Of a DNA stretch of 64,000 nucleotides, positions 1 to 12,628 are shown piece after piece. Position 1 is the stretch's first letter. Each line of letters starts with the position of its first letter. The notes under the pieces were generated by a model. It saw only the letters and a program-made list of their open reading frames with translations, had not been told where the DNA came from and searched no databases. The translations under genes were made by a program, and so were the position numbers. This DNA is from Tubulanus polymorphus. Taxonomy: Eukaryota; Animalia; Nemertea. Location: contig NC_134032.1 of NCBI RefSeq assembly GCF_964204645.1, positions 1,240,001 through 1,304,000 on the forward strand, written 5' to 3'.

Positions 1-985
1 GTATATACTGTAATACCCAGGGTTACTGTGGTATATACTGTAATACCCAGATAGTTGCTGTGGTATATACTGTAATACCCAGATAGTTGCTGTGGTATCG
101 GGTAATACCCAGATAGTTGCTGTGGTGTACTGTAATACCTAGATAGTTGCTGTGGTAAACTGTAATACTCAGGGTTGCTGTGGTATATACTGTAATACCC
201 AGATAGTTGCTGTGGTATTGGGTAATACCCAGATAGTTGCTGTGGTATATACTGTAATACCCAGGATTGCTGTGTTATAGGCCTACTGTAATACCCAGAT
301 AGTTGCTGTGTTATACTGTAATACCCAGATAGTTGCTGTGTTATACTGTAATACCCAGTTATACTGTAATACCCAGATAGTTGCTGTGTTATACTGTAAT
401 ACCCAGATAGTTGCTGTGGTATATACTGTAATACCCAGATAGTTGCTGTGGTATACTGTAATACCCTGATAGTTGCTGTGGTATACTGTAATACCCTGAT
501 AGTTGCTGTGTTATACTGTAATACCCAGATAGTTGCTGTGGTATATACTGTAATACCCAGGGTTACTGTGGTATATACTGTAATACCCAGATAGTTGCTG
601 TGGTATACTGTAATACCCTGATAGTTGCTGTGGTATATACTGAAATACCCAGATAGTTGCTTTGGTATACTGTAATACCCAGATAGTTGCTTTGGTATAC
701 TGTAATACCCAGATAGTTGCTTTGGTATACTGTAATACCCAGATAGTTGCTGTGGTATACTGTAATACCCTGATAGTTGCTGTGGTATATACTGTAATAC
801 CCAGATAGTCGCTGTGGTATATACTGTAATACCCAGGGTTACTGTGGTATATACTGTAATACCCAGGGTTACTGTGGTATATACTGTAATACCCAGGGTC
901 GCTGTGGTATATACTGTAATACCCAGGGTTACTGTGGTATATACTGTAATACCCAGGGTCGCTGTGGTATATGCTGTAATACCTC
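1..985. repeat. Minisatellite, ~30-33 bp unit GTGGTATATACTGTAATACCCAGATAGTTGCT
   Basis: Direct tandem copies; runs off the window start. Confidence 0.95.
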
Positions 986-1184
986 CAGTTTACTCTCCTC
1001 TATGATGCTTACAGTTACAATGATTTAGTATCATTGATTTTATAATATATGTCAATATTTTAAGCTTCTCTCGTCGAACACTACATAAACACTGCCATAC
1101 ATCGACAGCGTCTCCTCTTACAGCTCACAATATCACTTTATGATACCATTGCGAGGATTGATGCGGTGGTGGCTGGTCCAGTTG

Positions 1185-2330
1185 ATAGCCACAGCCTACT
1201 ACAACGCGGGGCTAGAATATGCTCCAGGCACAGATTCAAACCGTATCCACTCGATGTATTCCATAATGGGTTATAGCCACAGCCTACTACAACGTGGGGC
1301 TAGAATATGCTCCAGGCACAGATTCAAACCGTATCCACTCGATGTATTCCATAATGGGTTATAGCGACAGCCTACTACAACGTGGGGCTAGAATATGCTC
1401 CAGGCACAGATTAAAACTGTATCCACTCGATGTATTCCATAATGGGTTATAGCCACAGCCTACTACAACGTGGGGCTAGAATATGCTCCAGGCACAGATT
1501 AAAACTGTATCCACTCGATGTATTCCATAATGGGTTATAGCGACAGCCTACTACAACGTGGGGCTAGAATATGCTCCAGGCACAGATTAAAACCGTATCC
1601 ACTCGATGTATTCCATAATGGGTTATAGCGACAGCCTACTACAACGTGGGGCTAGAATATGCTCCAGGCACAGATTCAAACCGTATCCACTCGATGTATT
1701 CCATAATGGGTTATAGCCACAGCCTACTACAACGTGGGGCTAGAATATGCTCCAGGCACAGATTAAAACTGTATCCACTCGATGTATTCCATACTGGGTT
1801 ATAGCCACAGCCTACTACAACGTGGGGCTAGAATATGCTCCAGGCACAGATTAAAACTGTATCCACTCGATGTATTCCATAATGGGTTATAGCCACAGCC
1901 TACTACAACGTGGGGCTAGAATATGCTCCAGGCACAGATTAAAACTGTATCCACTCGATGTATTCCATAATGGGTTATAGCCACAGCCTACTACAACGTG
2001 GGGCTAGAATATGCTCCAGGCACAGATTAAAACTGTATCCACTCGATGTATTCCATAATGGGTTATAGCCACAGCCTACTACAACGTGGGGCTAGAATAT
2101 GCTCCAGGCACAGATTAAAACCGTATCCACTCGATGTATTCCATAATGGGTTATAGCCACAGCCTACTACAACGTGGGGCTAGAATATGCTCCAGGCACA
2201 GATTAAAACTGTATCCACTCGATGTATTCCATAATGGGTTATAGCCACAGCCTACTACAACGTGGGGCTAGAATATGCTCCAGGCACAGATTCAAACTAT
2301 ATCCACTCGATGTATTCCATAATGGGTTAT
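1185..2330. repeat. Minisatellite, 88-bp unit, ~13 copies
   Basis: ATAGCCACAGCCTACTACAACGTGGGGCTAGAATATGCTCCAGGCACAGATT.. recurs at 1185, 1273 and onward. Confidence 0.95.
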
Positions 2331-2564
2331 TGAAAAACTGTCGTTTTCCCTGCAAATGATGTTTTGAATTTCTACATCACGTTCCATGGATAAACAGAAA
2401 ACGATTTTTGCTTGTGACACGTCGAATGACAATCTCTCTGATATAACTTGTTTACGACATTTCCTCAAGTATAAGGGTCCCAGTACGATGCATGCTATAC
2501 GGGGAACCTGTCAGTTAGTCAGTGGCCACAAAAAAGCGCCCTGTGCTGATTATGAAATGCCCTG

Positions 2565-2668
2565 GGTCCAGTTCCACGGTTCTGAGTTAAGATTTGACCC
2601 TGGGTTAAAACAATGAAAATGAACTTTAACTCAGAGTTAACTCTAACTCACAACTGTGGAACTGGGTC
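2565..2668. mobile_element. Short Harbinger-type MITE (GGWCCAGTTCCAC TIR, CTG target duplication)
   Basis: ctg|GGTCCAGTTCCAC...GTGGAACTGGGTC|ctg; the same family occurs at 42077 and 45296-45852. Confidence 0.7.
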
Positions 2669-3114
2669 CTGGTTCTCAAATCCCGGGTGCGGTGTGGAAA
2701 ATTGGTGCTGGATTTGCCCGTGATCCTAGAAGTCCTCATCTTACCCCGATCGCGACGGTCTGTTTTTTCATTTCTTCCCCGGATGAAAGCGATGTTATCG
2801 TATCTGAGTGGGTGAACTTCAGGTTTCACGCGGTTCGTCGACTCGTGGTCGGAAACCACCACACATAGTTCGGTCGTATTTCACCATCTCGTTCAAATAG
2901 GTCCGAAATACAGCGCGACAGCGTGTTCAAACCCGTGATCGACGATCTCTAGACCCAACCATACTTCCGACTAACTGACATTCGGTTTCATTTAGTTCGA
3001 CTATTGTCGACTAACTCCAATATCTGAAGTTCAGTTGGATCGAGCGTAGCAAAAAATACAGGTTTTAATTGTTGGCCATGACATAATATAATAACATTAA
3101 GCGTACACAATAAG

Positions 3115-3484
3115 CAGGGATGAAAATCTTCCGACCGTAGACGGATTTCCGACCTTTTCTAACATTTTCTTTATTCCCGAGACCGGTGTAAATCACCTCA
3201 ATCGCTTTAATCACCTCAATCGCGGGCGTCACATCGGAGTGCTCCGTAGTTAGAGGAGTGCTCCTTAAGACGGTTTTCGGCAGTTGTTAGCGCAACTGCG
3301 GAGTCGGAGAAACCAATATGGCGTCTCATTCAAAAAGCGGCTCTAATTCAGGCCCAAACTATTAACATTTTGACCGAAAGGAAGTAAGTTTTTTGGCTAA
3401 AAGTTACTGATTTTTGTTCCCCAAAATAATCCTTTTTTTTTAAATATTTTCCGACTTTTTCAGTATGGGTCGTTTTCATCCCTG
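3115..3484. mobile_element. hAT-type MITE
   Basis: TIR CAGGGATGAAAA...TTTTCATCCCTG; AATAAG directly on both flanks. Confidence 0.7.
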
Positions 3485-4706
3485 AATAAGACCTTATTGA
3501 AATAGATGAGCTACTTTCACAGAGCGTAACAACACTGACCAAGTTCGAAATACCGATAAGAATTTATTAACATTTGACTTATTCTCATTTATGCTAGATG
3601 ACAAACTTGTATTATTAAACGCACAGTAATAGATATAACATGAATCTAGATAGTCGAAATTGAAATCGGTAATTATTGCTATAAAAAATTAGACAGTCGG
3701 CATGAAAATAACATCGGACGTGATAGTCATATTTACACTAGATGACATTTAGATACAATATTTTTCTTGATTTTTGGAAATGAATGCGCAGTTTAGATAT
3801 AACACATATTTCTAGATTAATGCAATTGAAAAAGTAAATAATATACAGTCATTTATTTGTATTTTTTATTTGTGATACGCGGAAATAATGCCATAGATCT
3901 GGGTAGAGGTATACAATAGGTAAAAATACCCGAAGGAAATATACAGCAGAATTAAATAGATGTGTGGATGGGAAATAAATCGATTCTGTGTTATAGGCCT
4001 ATAGTAAAACGGAAATAATTTTACTTCCATTTGATTTAGAAATCTGGATGGTCTGCGTAACTTTTGTAAAAATTTTTCATCCCGATAAAATTTCTACGAA
4101 ATGATTTTCGAAGATTTTCATCAGAGTGGAAATCTCTGTCCGGGCCACGAGGCTAGATTCGAATCATGACGGAGGGGACGAGTCGCCGATGAAATTTCTG
4201 AAATGCTGCCAAAAACGTGAAAAATTGCTTTAGAAGTTTTCTGGTAGAGGATCCCCAGACAAGTCTTTCAGGGCTTCGCGCCTCGTGCAAATGAAGCACT
4301 TTCACACATACTAATTTCAGTGTTTTCATCTGATTGTAATTGTATATATGTTTCAACACCTATAACATCGATAACTCATTTGTGTAATTCAATCATTCGC
4401 ATTGGAATAACTGTAGGGACCCTGAATTAGAATCTTACTCTCTTGACTTGATGCAATAGTTAACGTAGTATACTTTATAATTAATGAAATACTAAACATG
4501 ATCGTGATCAATAAGTCGGGTACTATCCACAGATAGCTGTAGTCAGCGCTCTTCATTACCGGTGGCTAATTTTTGTGTCAGTCAAACATTTCATCTCTGT
4601 CCTCGCGCTCATGACTTTTTTTTTACATAAAGCTAATAGATAGGCCTGTAATTATTGTCGACATGCCGGGTATTCAATAGTGATTCTGCGTTAAACAGGT
4701 CTATAA

Positions 4707-5064
4707 AGCCTAGCGCACATCGACACTGCGATTGGAGACAACTAGTTGCTACCGAACGATTACCCCGCGCACATCGAAATCTAGTTACGACCGGTCAGTT
4801 GCAGCAACTGCATGGCGCGTGTCGATCGTCCAGATCCAGAGCGCGCACATCGACGGATATGACTGCGATTGAGTACAACCAGTTGCTCAAAAGTAGAACA
4901 CGGGCAACTGGCTGGAACTGGAGATAGATCGACGCTTACCAATCGTAAGCTCGCTCACATCGACACATTCAAGCAACTGATCGTATCCAGCCAGTTCCTC
5001 TCATGCGCCGAAAACTGCCTTGCAACTAGTTGTCTCCAATCGCAGTGTCGATGTGCGCTAGGCT
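4707..5064. mobile_element. PIF/Harbinger (Tourist-like) MITE, TAA TSD
   Basis: ~43-bp TIR AGCCTAGCGCACATCGACACTGCGATTGGAGACAACTAGTTGC, flanked by TAA on both sides. Confidence 0.8.
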
Positions 5065-5439
5065 TAAGAGATTATTTATACAGGGTGGTTGTTCCTGATG
5101 GATACAATCCTGTGTACGACCGATGGTTAGATTCAGCCTCAGTTACATGCAGCCTGTTATTGTCTGATATATACCATATCCTCGTAGTGCATGATTATAT
5201 CATCATATATTCAGGCGTTGAAATCTGAAATGATTTGTTCAATATTAGATAGTATCGAATGTATTGTTCGTTATAGGGGCTTCAATTGAACCAGATGATA
5301 AAAGCGTTTCACTGTGATTTAACAACAACTACTCGACTCATATACGTAAACAAACAGCTACCAGCTAGGATTGCCGGGGCTAGCTAACCCTGACCCCGCC
5401 TAACCTAGGGTCCTACGCAATTCACATTGTCAGCCAACT

Positions 5440-6460
5440 GTAGAGCTCCTCGGGGATCTACCTTGGTTAAAACTGGATTCTCACAGTAGATCTTGGTCCG
5501 CTAGCCGATATTTACCAGCAACTCCTCGGGGATCTACCTTGGTTAAAACTGGATTCACTCTCACAACTGTAGATCTTGGCCCGGTAGCCGATATTTACCA
5601 GCAACTCCTCGGGGATCTACCTTGATTAAAACTGGATTCACTCTCACGACTGTAGATCTTGGCCCGGTAACCGATATTCACCAGCAACTCCTCGCGGATC
5701 TACCTTGGTTAAAACTGGATTCACTCTCACTGTAGATCTTGGCCCGGTAGCCGATATTTACCAGCAACTCCTCGGGGATCTACCTTGGTTAAAACTGGAT
5801 TCACTCTCACAGTAGATCTTGGTCCGCTAGCCGATATTTACCAGCAACTCCTCGGGGATCTACCTTGATTAAAACTGGATTCACTCTCACGACTGTAGAT
5901 CTTGGCCCGGTAGCCGATATCTACCAGCAACTCCTCGGGGATCTACCTTGATTAAAACTGGATTCACTCTCACGACTGTAGATCTTGGCCCGGTAACCGA
6001 TATTCACAAGCAACTCCTCGCGGATCTACCTTGGTTAAAACTGGATTCACTCTCACAACTGTAGATCTTGGCCCAGTAGCCGATATTTACCAGCAACTCC
6101 TCGGGGATCTACCTTGGTTAAAACTGGATTCACTCTCACTGTAGATCTTGGCCCGGTAGCCGATATTTACCAGCAACTCCTCAGGGATCTACCTTGATTA
6201 AAACTGGATTCACTCTCACGACTGTAGATCTTGGCCCGGTAACCGATATTCACAAGTAACTCCTCGGGAATCTACCTTGGTTAAAACTGGATTCACTCTC
6301 ACGACTGTAGATCTTGGCCCGGTAACCGATATTTACCAGCAACTCCTCGGGATCTACCTTGGTTAAAACTGGATTCACTCTCACGGTAGAATTCACTCTC
6401 ACGGTAGATCTTGGTCCGGTAGCCGATATTTTCCAGCAACTCCTCGGGGATCTACCTCGG
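5440..6460. repeat. Minisatellite, ~76-83 bp unit, ~12 copies
   Basis: GCAACTCCTCGGGGATCTACCTTGGTTAAAACTGGATTCACTCTCAC.. repeated. Confidence 0.95.
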
Positions 6461-6872
6461 TGTTATTTCAAATCTCTTAATTGTCTATAAATAGACTAGA
6501 GGTGCCACACCCTGTTTACCACTGGCACACACACCCACAAGTGATGTGTAGATTCAATGATTTCGAACAATTAAAACTGGATATGTATTTCCTCAGTCCT
6601 CACAGAATTTTTTGTGTTCTCGTAAACGTAAAAATTCCCGAGAATCAAGAGTCCAAAATGTTTCCGTGTGTTTATAAATATTTGATGCGTCGATTACTTC
6701 TATCCTAGCAGAAATCTTCAAGAATGCTGAAATAAACTGAGCAGTCTAAAGGAAACAATTTTGGCTGAAATCAGCCGTGTCATGTAAACTGGTCCATGTG
6801 TATAATAATCAGCTGTGACGTAAACTGGTTCGGTGTCATCATTTCGTTAATTTCTCATCTTCTATTTTGTAG

Positions 6873-8411
6873 ACGTTAGATTTCGACCGAAGTGGTCTGA
6901 ATAAAACGAAGAAATCAATAAAAGCCCTGTATAACTCGGGAAGTAGTAAGTACCAGTAACAGGAAGCAGCCCCTTTCCCCCTCCCTCTCCTCCCCCTCCT
7001 CCCCTCCTCCCCTGGTAACGCTGCAAACTGGGTTATCTTCTATATCCAGGTTCAGTATTTGTCTTCTATAGAAACCGTGTTAATTGGCCTCTTATAGTTC
7101 AAATATACGGTGTCAAATAGCTCGGTATTGGAAACTAATGTCTTCGGAATTGAAATGATTGTGGGTGACCCCTCGCTGGTTCTGCCGCCCGTGTCCCTCC
7201 CTGGCCGCGATGACTATCACCGTAACTATCAGTGTGGCTGTAAATATCCGCGTGTAACTATCTCACTGTGTAACTATCAGTGTGACTGTAACTATCAATG
7301 TGACTGTAACTATCAGTGTTGCTGTAACTATCAGTGTGACTGTAACTATCAGTGTTGCTGTAACTATCAGTGTGACTGTAACTATCACCGTGTAACTATC
7401 ACCATGTAACTATCAGTGTGACTGTAACTATCAATGATGCTGTAACTATCAGTGTTGCTGTAACTATCAGTGATGCTGTAACTATCAGTGTGACTGTAAC
7501 TATCACCATGTAACTATCACCGTGTAACTATCACCGTGTAACTATCACCATGTAACTATCAGTGTGACTGTAACTATCACCATGTAACTATCAGTGTGAC
7601 TGTAACTATCACCGTGTAACTATCACCGTGTAACTATCACCGTGTAACTATCACCATGTAACTATCAGTGTGACTGTAACTATCACCATGTAACTATCAC
7701 TGTGTAACTATCAGCGCGTAACTATCACCATGTAACTATCACCGTATAACTATCACCGTGTAACTATCACCGTGTAACTATCACCGTGTAACTATCAGTG
7801 TTTAACTATCTCCAAATGATGTTTGTTTCAGTGCATTTTACTAATGAGATGTACATGATCGAAAACCTGGAGAAACTCGGAGAAAATGCCAAAACTAAAG
7901 AGGCAGAAAGTGAAATCGGTAAAAAACTAAATCAAATATAGAATCTCCTCCATTCTCTATAGATAGAATCTCCTCCATTCTCTATAGATAAAATCTCCTC
8001 CATTCTCTATAGTTTATGTGCAGCTGCTGAATTCGTTTATATTTTTCAGGCGCTGCTTTTACTCAATTTGCGAAAGTCACCCGGGAACTGACGTTACTGA
8101 TGAAAACACTGGTAAACATTATACTCTACCTCATGATAATGTACCTCCGTAGACGAGGAGTTTAGATTCGATTTCGAATTTTGAAAAAAAAAGAAATCTG
8201 AGCACGTCACACCAACGTCGCGAGCTTTACGCCGGGTACCAATTTCTGTGTGGGGAAGGAGACAAAATTGCCTCAGATGCTCTCTGATTGGGCTTGTCAA
8301 ATCCAATTCAATTAAGACTCATTGCTACAGGCCTAATGGATTCCAATCGTGTTGTTTTGAATCAATGGATTTGGGCTGAGGAATCAATGACCAGAGATAC
8401 CCTCATGCTAA

Positions 8412-8478
<67 letters not shown>

Positions 8479-11400
8479 CACTATCACTATCACTATTACT
8501 ATTATTATTATTATTATTATTAATCATTAGATGCAGCATCTTCACAATATTGTGATGTTTCCGTTGGACTCGTTTCTGAAAGGCGACCTACGCGGTGTGA
8601 AAGGCGATATGAAAAAACCGTTCGATAAAGCGTGGAAGGATTACTTCGCGAAATTGTGAGTGATGACGTCGTTACTCCGCCGGCGACGACGGCTGCGTCC
8701 GATATTCCCTCTCTATGATATCGTCGATCTTTATAATTTCAGTCAGAAAATCGAGAAGGAGAAAAAGGCTCTAGCTCGCGAGTACGGCGGTATACGAACG
8801 GACGTCTCCGGACCCGAGGTAAGCCGATCGAAACCCCCCCCTCCCCAGAATAATTTCAACGTCAATTTGTAACAATTTCCCAGTCGGTGCAACTTTTTAT
8901 TATTAACAACGAATAAAACCCACAGTTACATCTGTACAAACAGTTTATTGCCTTACAGTTTCGAGGTTCAAACTAAACCGCATCATCAGAGGAACAAAAG
9001 ATACAATAAGCAAATAAATAAATGAAAATACAAAAAAGAGGTTTAGTTTTAACCTCGAAACTATAAGGAAATAAACGGTTTTTTCTACGGATCTAACTGT
9101 GAGTTAAAAGAATTTAAAAACAAGAATTTATTTATTCAATCTTAAATATATAGAATACGCGACTATATTAGATTAGAAAAAAATATAGAAAACGTCGTGT
9201 ATTCTATATATTTTAGATTGAATAAATAAATTCTTGTTTTTAAATTCTTTTAATCTGTAAATAGTGCGTTTTTATCTTATTATCCGTTCACAACGTTTGA
9301 GTGTGGTTATCGTTCTAACTGTGGGTTTCTATTCGTTAACTCTACGCTGAGATTTACATCAGTTCAAACTGCGGTCACTTTTTATCGTTAGTTTTTTGTT
9401 CAAAATTTGCTTCTAAACTTGCTCGAGGCCAACTTGCCGGAAAATAGAGCCAAGTTTTCAGGGGATCGGTGGCTTGATTAAAACTGGTCAAAAGCTGTTT
9501 CTCTTCGCATCTATTTATCGAGGGGCGAATTAACTAAAATTAAGCTCCCTGGCGTATGCGCCTTGTCCCCACTCCCTTCGATTGACAGGTTGCAGCGACA
9601 CCAGTTTCTATTATTCGTCGTTATTGTATCGGATGTTGATTTATTATTTACAGATCGCTGAAGAAATGGAGAAAGAGAGAAGAATATTACAGCTTCAAAT
9701 GTGCGAGGTACAGTCGTGAAACACTCTGAGTCCGTGTTGTTGTAAATCGCTGCACACTAAGAATAACAAGAGTCTGAAATGTTTCCTTGAGCTAGTGTAG
9801 TTTATTCAACGTTTCCACTATATCCTAATAGTCATCTTCAGGAATACTGTATTCCTTGAGCTAGTGTAGTTTATTCAACGTTTCCACTATATCCTAATAA
9901 TCATCTTCAGGAATACTGTATTCCTTGAGCTAGTGTAGTTTATTAGACGTTTCTACTATATCCTAATAGTCATCTTCAGGAATACTGTATTCCTTGAGCT
10001 AGTGTAGTTTATTCAACGTTTCGACTATATCCTAATAGTCATCTTCAGGAATACTGTATTCCTTGAGCTAGTGTAGTTTATTCAACGTTTCAACTATATC
10101 CTAATAGTCATCTTCAGGAATACTGATGTTTTCCTCATTATAACCATTGATGAAACACTCTGAGTCCGTGTTGTAAAGATAATATAAAATCCCTGCACAC
10201 TAAGAAGAAAAAGAGTCTGAAATGTTTCCTTGAGCTAGTGTAGTTTATTCAACGTTTCAACTATATCCTAATTAGTCATCTTCAGGAATACTGATGTAAT
10301 GAAATTATGAGATATATCAAACAATCTAGAACAAAGAGACTAATTGAGTTATGATCCAGTTGACTAAAACATTCAAAAGAAACTGAGTTATTTTCAAAAC
10401 AAATTTGACTTCACCCTATGAATATAATTCAGTTTGTTGATTTCTATTTATTCTGGTTGTCGGATGTTCAAATCATAAGTCGGCTGTCAATGAACTGATC
10501 TCACTGTATGTAAACATACACCTCCTCCCACCTAGAAACAGCTAACCATAACCCTAGCTTGTGATTGGCTGGAGCTGGTCACCTGATATATGCAAATAGC
10601 CCCAAGCACATGATCACTAACCCTAACCCTAGCTTGTGATTGGCTGCAGCTGGTCACGTTATATATGCAAATAGCCCCAAGCACATGACCGCTAACCCTA
10701 ACCCTAGCTTGTGATTGGCTGGAGCTGGTCATCTGATATATGCAAATAGCCCCAAGCACATGACCGCTAACCCTAACCCTAGCTTGTGATTGGCTGGAGC
10801 TGGTCACCTGATATATGCAAATAGCCCCAAGCACATGACCGCTAACCCTAACCCTAGCTTGTGATTGGCTGGAGCTGGTCACCTGATATATGCAAATAGC
10901 CCCAAGCACATGACCGCTAACCCTAACCCTAGCTTGTGATTGGCTGGAGCTGGTCACCTGATATATGCAAATAGCCCCAAGCACATGACCGCTAACCCTA
11001 ACCCTAGCTTGTGATTGGCTGGAGCTGGTCACCTGATATATGCAAATAGCCCCAAGCACATGACCGCTAACCCTAACCTTAGCTTGTGATTGGCTGGAGC
11101 TGGTCACCTGATATATGCAAATAACCCCAAGCACATGACCAGTAACCCTAACCCTTGCTTGTGATTGGCTGGAGCTGGTCACCTGATATATGCAAATAGC
11201 CCCAAGCACATGACCACTAACCCTAACCCTAGCTTGTGATTGGCTGGAGCTGGTCACCTGATATATGAAAATAGCCCCAAGCACATGGTCATTTACCCTA
11301 ACCCTAGCTTCTGATTGGCTGATATAAAATCCCTGCAAACTTAAATCTAGTATGCTCTCAAGTGAAGTTGAAATAGACATTAGCAGTTGATTCAATGTTT

Positions 11401-12628
11401 TTGACTATCTTATGCTAATTAAAGTCATCTTCAGAACAACTAGTGCTATACAGCATTCACTTTTCACCCATTCATTCGTCTATAGAGGGTATTTAGTTTC
11501 CTCGGGATGTTTTTTGATACACTTCCACGTACGGTTTTGATATTTGGTTTCTGTTTGTACCTACCCTAGCTGCAGAAACATTTATCAATTATCTTTCATC
11601 GATTGAGGATTGGTATGTATGTATGTATCCCCCTAACGGCCTAGTGCCTCGCTAGAAAAACTGAATTAACCGCAAACAAGTTACCACATTCAATGTTGTA
11701 GCTTATTTAACGAGTTCTGTGAAATTCAGATTTGAGACCACTTTTCAAGCGGGCACGATGTCCCAAGACCGCTAGTTTTTGTATGTAAACGTGGTTTCGC
11801 AACACTCGAAACTGTAGGATTAAATTTATTTTACTCCATCATTTTTTGTTTCAGTATTTGATTAAAGTGAATGAAATACAAACGAAAAAAGGAACAGAAT
11901 TTATCCAACATTTAGTGGAATATTACCAGGCACAGTGCAAGTGAGTAATGCAGGAGAGAGAGAGAGAGGGGGGGTTGCAGGGAGTAGTGTGTTGTACTGG
12001 GCTCACATGAGAGGGAGGAGGGGGTTGCAGGGAGTAGGGTGTTGTACTGGGCTCACAGGAGAGGGAGGAGGGGGGTTGCAGGGAGTAGTGTGTTGTACTG
12101 TGCTCACATGAGAGGGAGGAGGGGGGTTGTAGGGAGTAGTGTGTTGTACTGGGCTCACAGGAGAGGGAGGAGGGGGGTTGCAGGGAGTAGTGTGTTGTAG
12201 TGTGCTCACAGGAGAGGGAGGAGGGGGTTGCAGGGAGTAGGGTGTTGTACTGGGCTCACAGGAGAGGGAGGAGGGGGTTGCAGGGAGTAGGGTGTTGTAC
12301 TGTGTAGCAGGGTTGAGGAGGTTGGCACAGTGCAAGTGAGTAACGTATGAGGGCTGGTGATTGACAGGAAGGGTTGAAGGGTTGAAGAGAGGAGTCATCG
12401 GTTGTCACTAGTTCACGTTGATAATCCTCTCCCTCACTTATAGATCATTTCTTATTGATATTTCACAGTTATTTTCAAAGCGGCGTTCAACTGCTCACAG
12501 AACAGAACGCGTATATCGATGAACTCGGTGGTAGTTTGAATAAAGTGAAACATAGTCACGATCAGGAGCGTAGGAAACTGCTCGAACTGAGTGACGCCAT
12601 CAAAGGATCGTTAAGTAACTATAAAGAG
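6873..12628 (+). CDS. ASAP BAR-domain exons (8 exons)
   Basis: [23 protein letters not shown] / ..[21 protein letters not shown] / [38 protein letters not shown] / [15 protein letters not shown] / [10 protein letters not shown].. / [25 protein letters not shown]; colinear with the ASAP BAR domain as I recall it. Confidence 0.92.

Noticed and set aside
814-1005. VVYTVIPR-repeat ORF, and similar ORFs at 7110, 8288 and 12003
   Set aside because: Products of tandem repeats or microsatellites.
1-6872. First coding exon(s) of ASAP
   Set aside because: No segment encoding the conserved N-terminal BAR helix was found; probably upstream of the window.
10543-11310. Telomere or interstitial telomeric array
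   Set aside because: Only two hexamers per 75-bp unit; not a (TTAGGG)n tract.
10532-11395. 287-aa minus-strand ORF
   Set aside because: Translation of a 75-bp (25-codon) minisatellite inside an ASAP intron; no domain signal.
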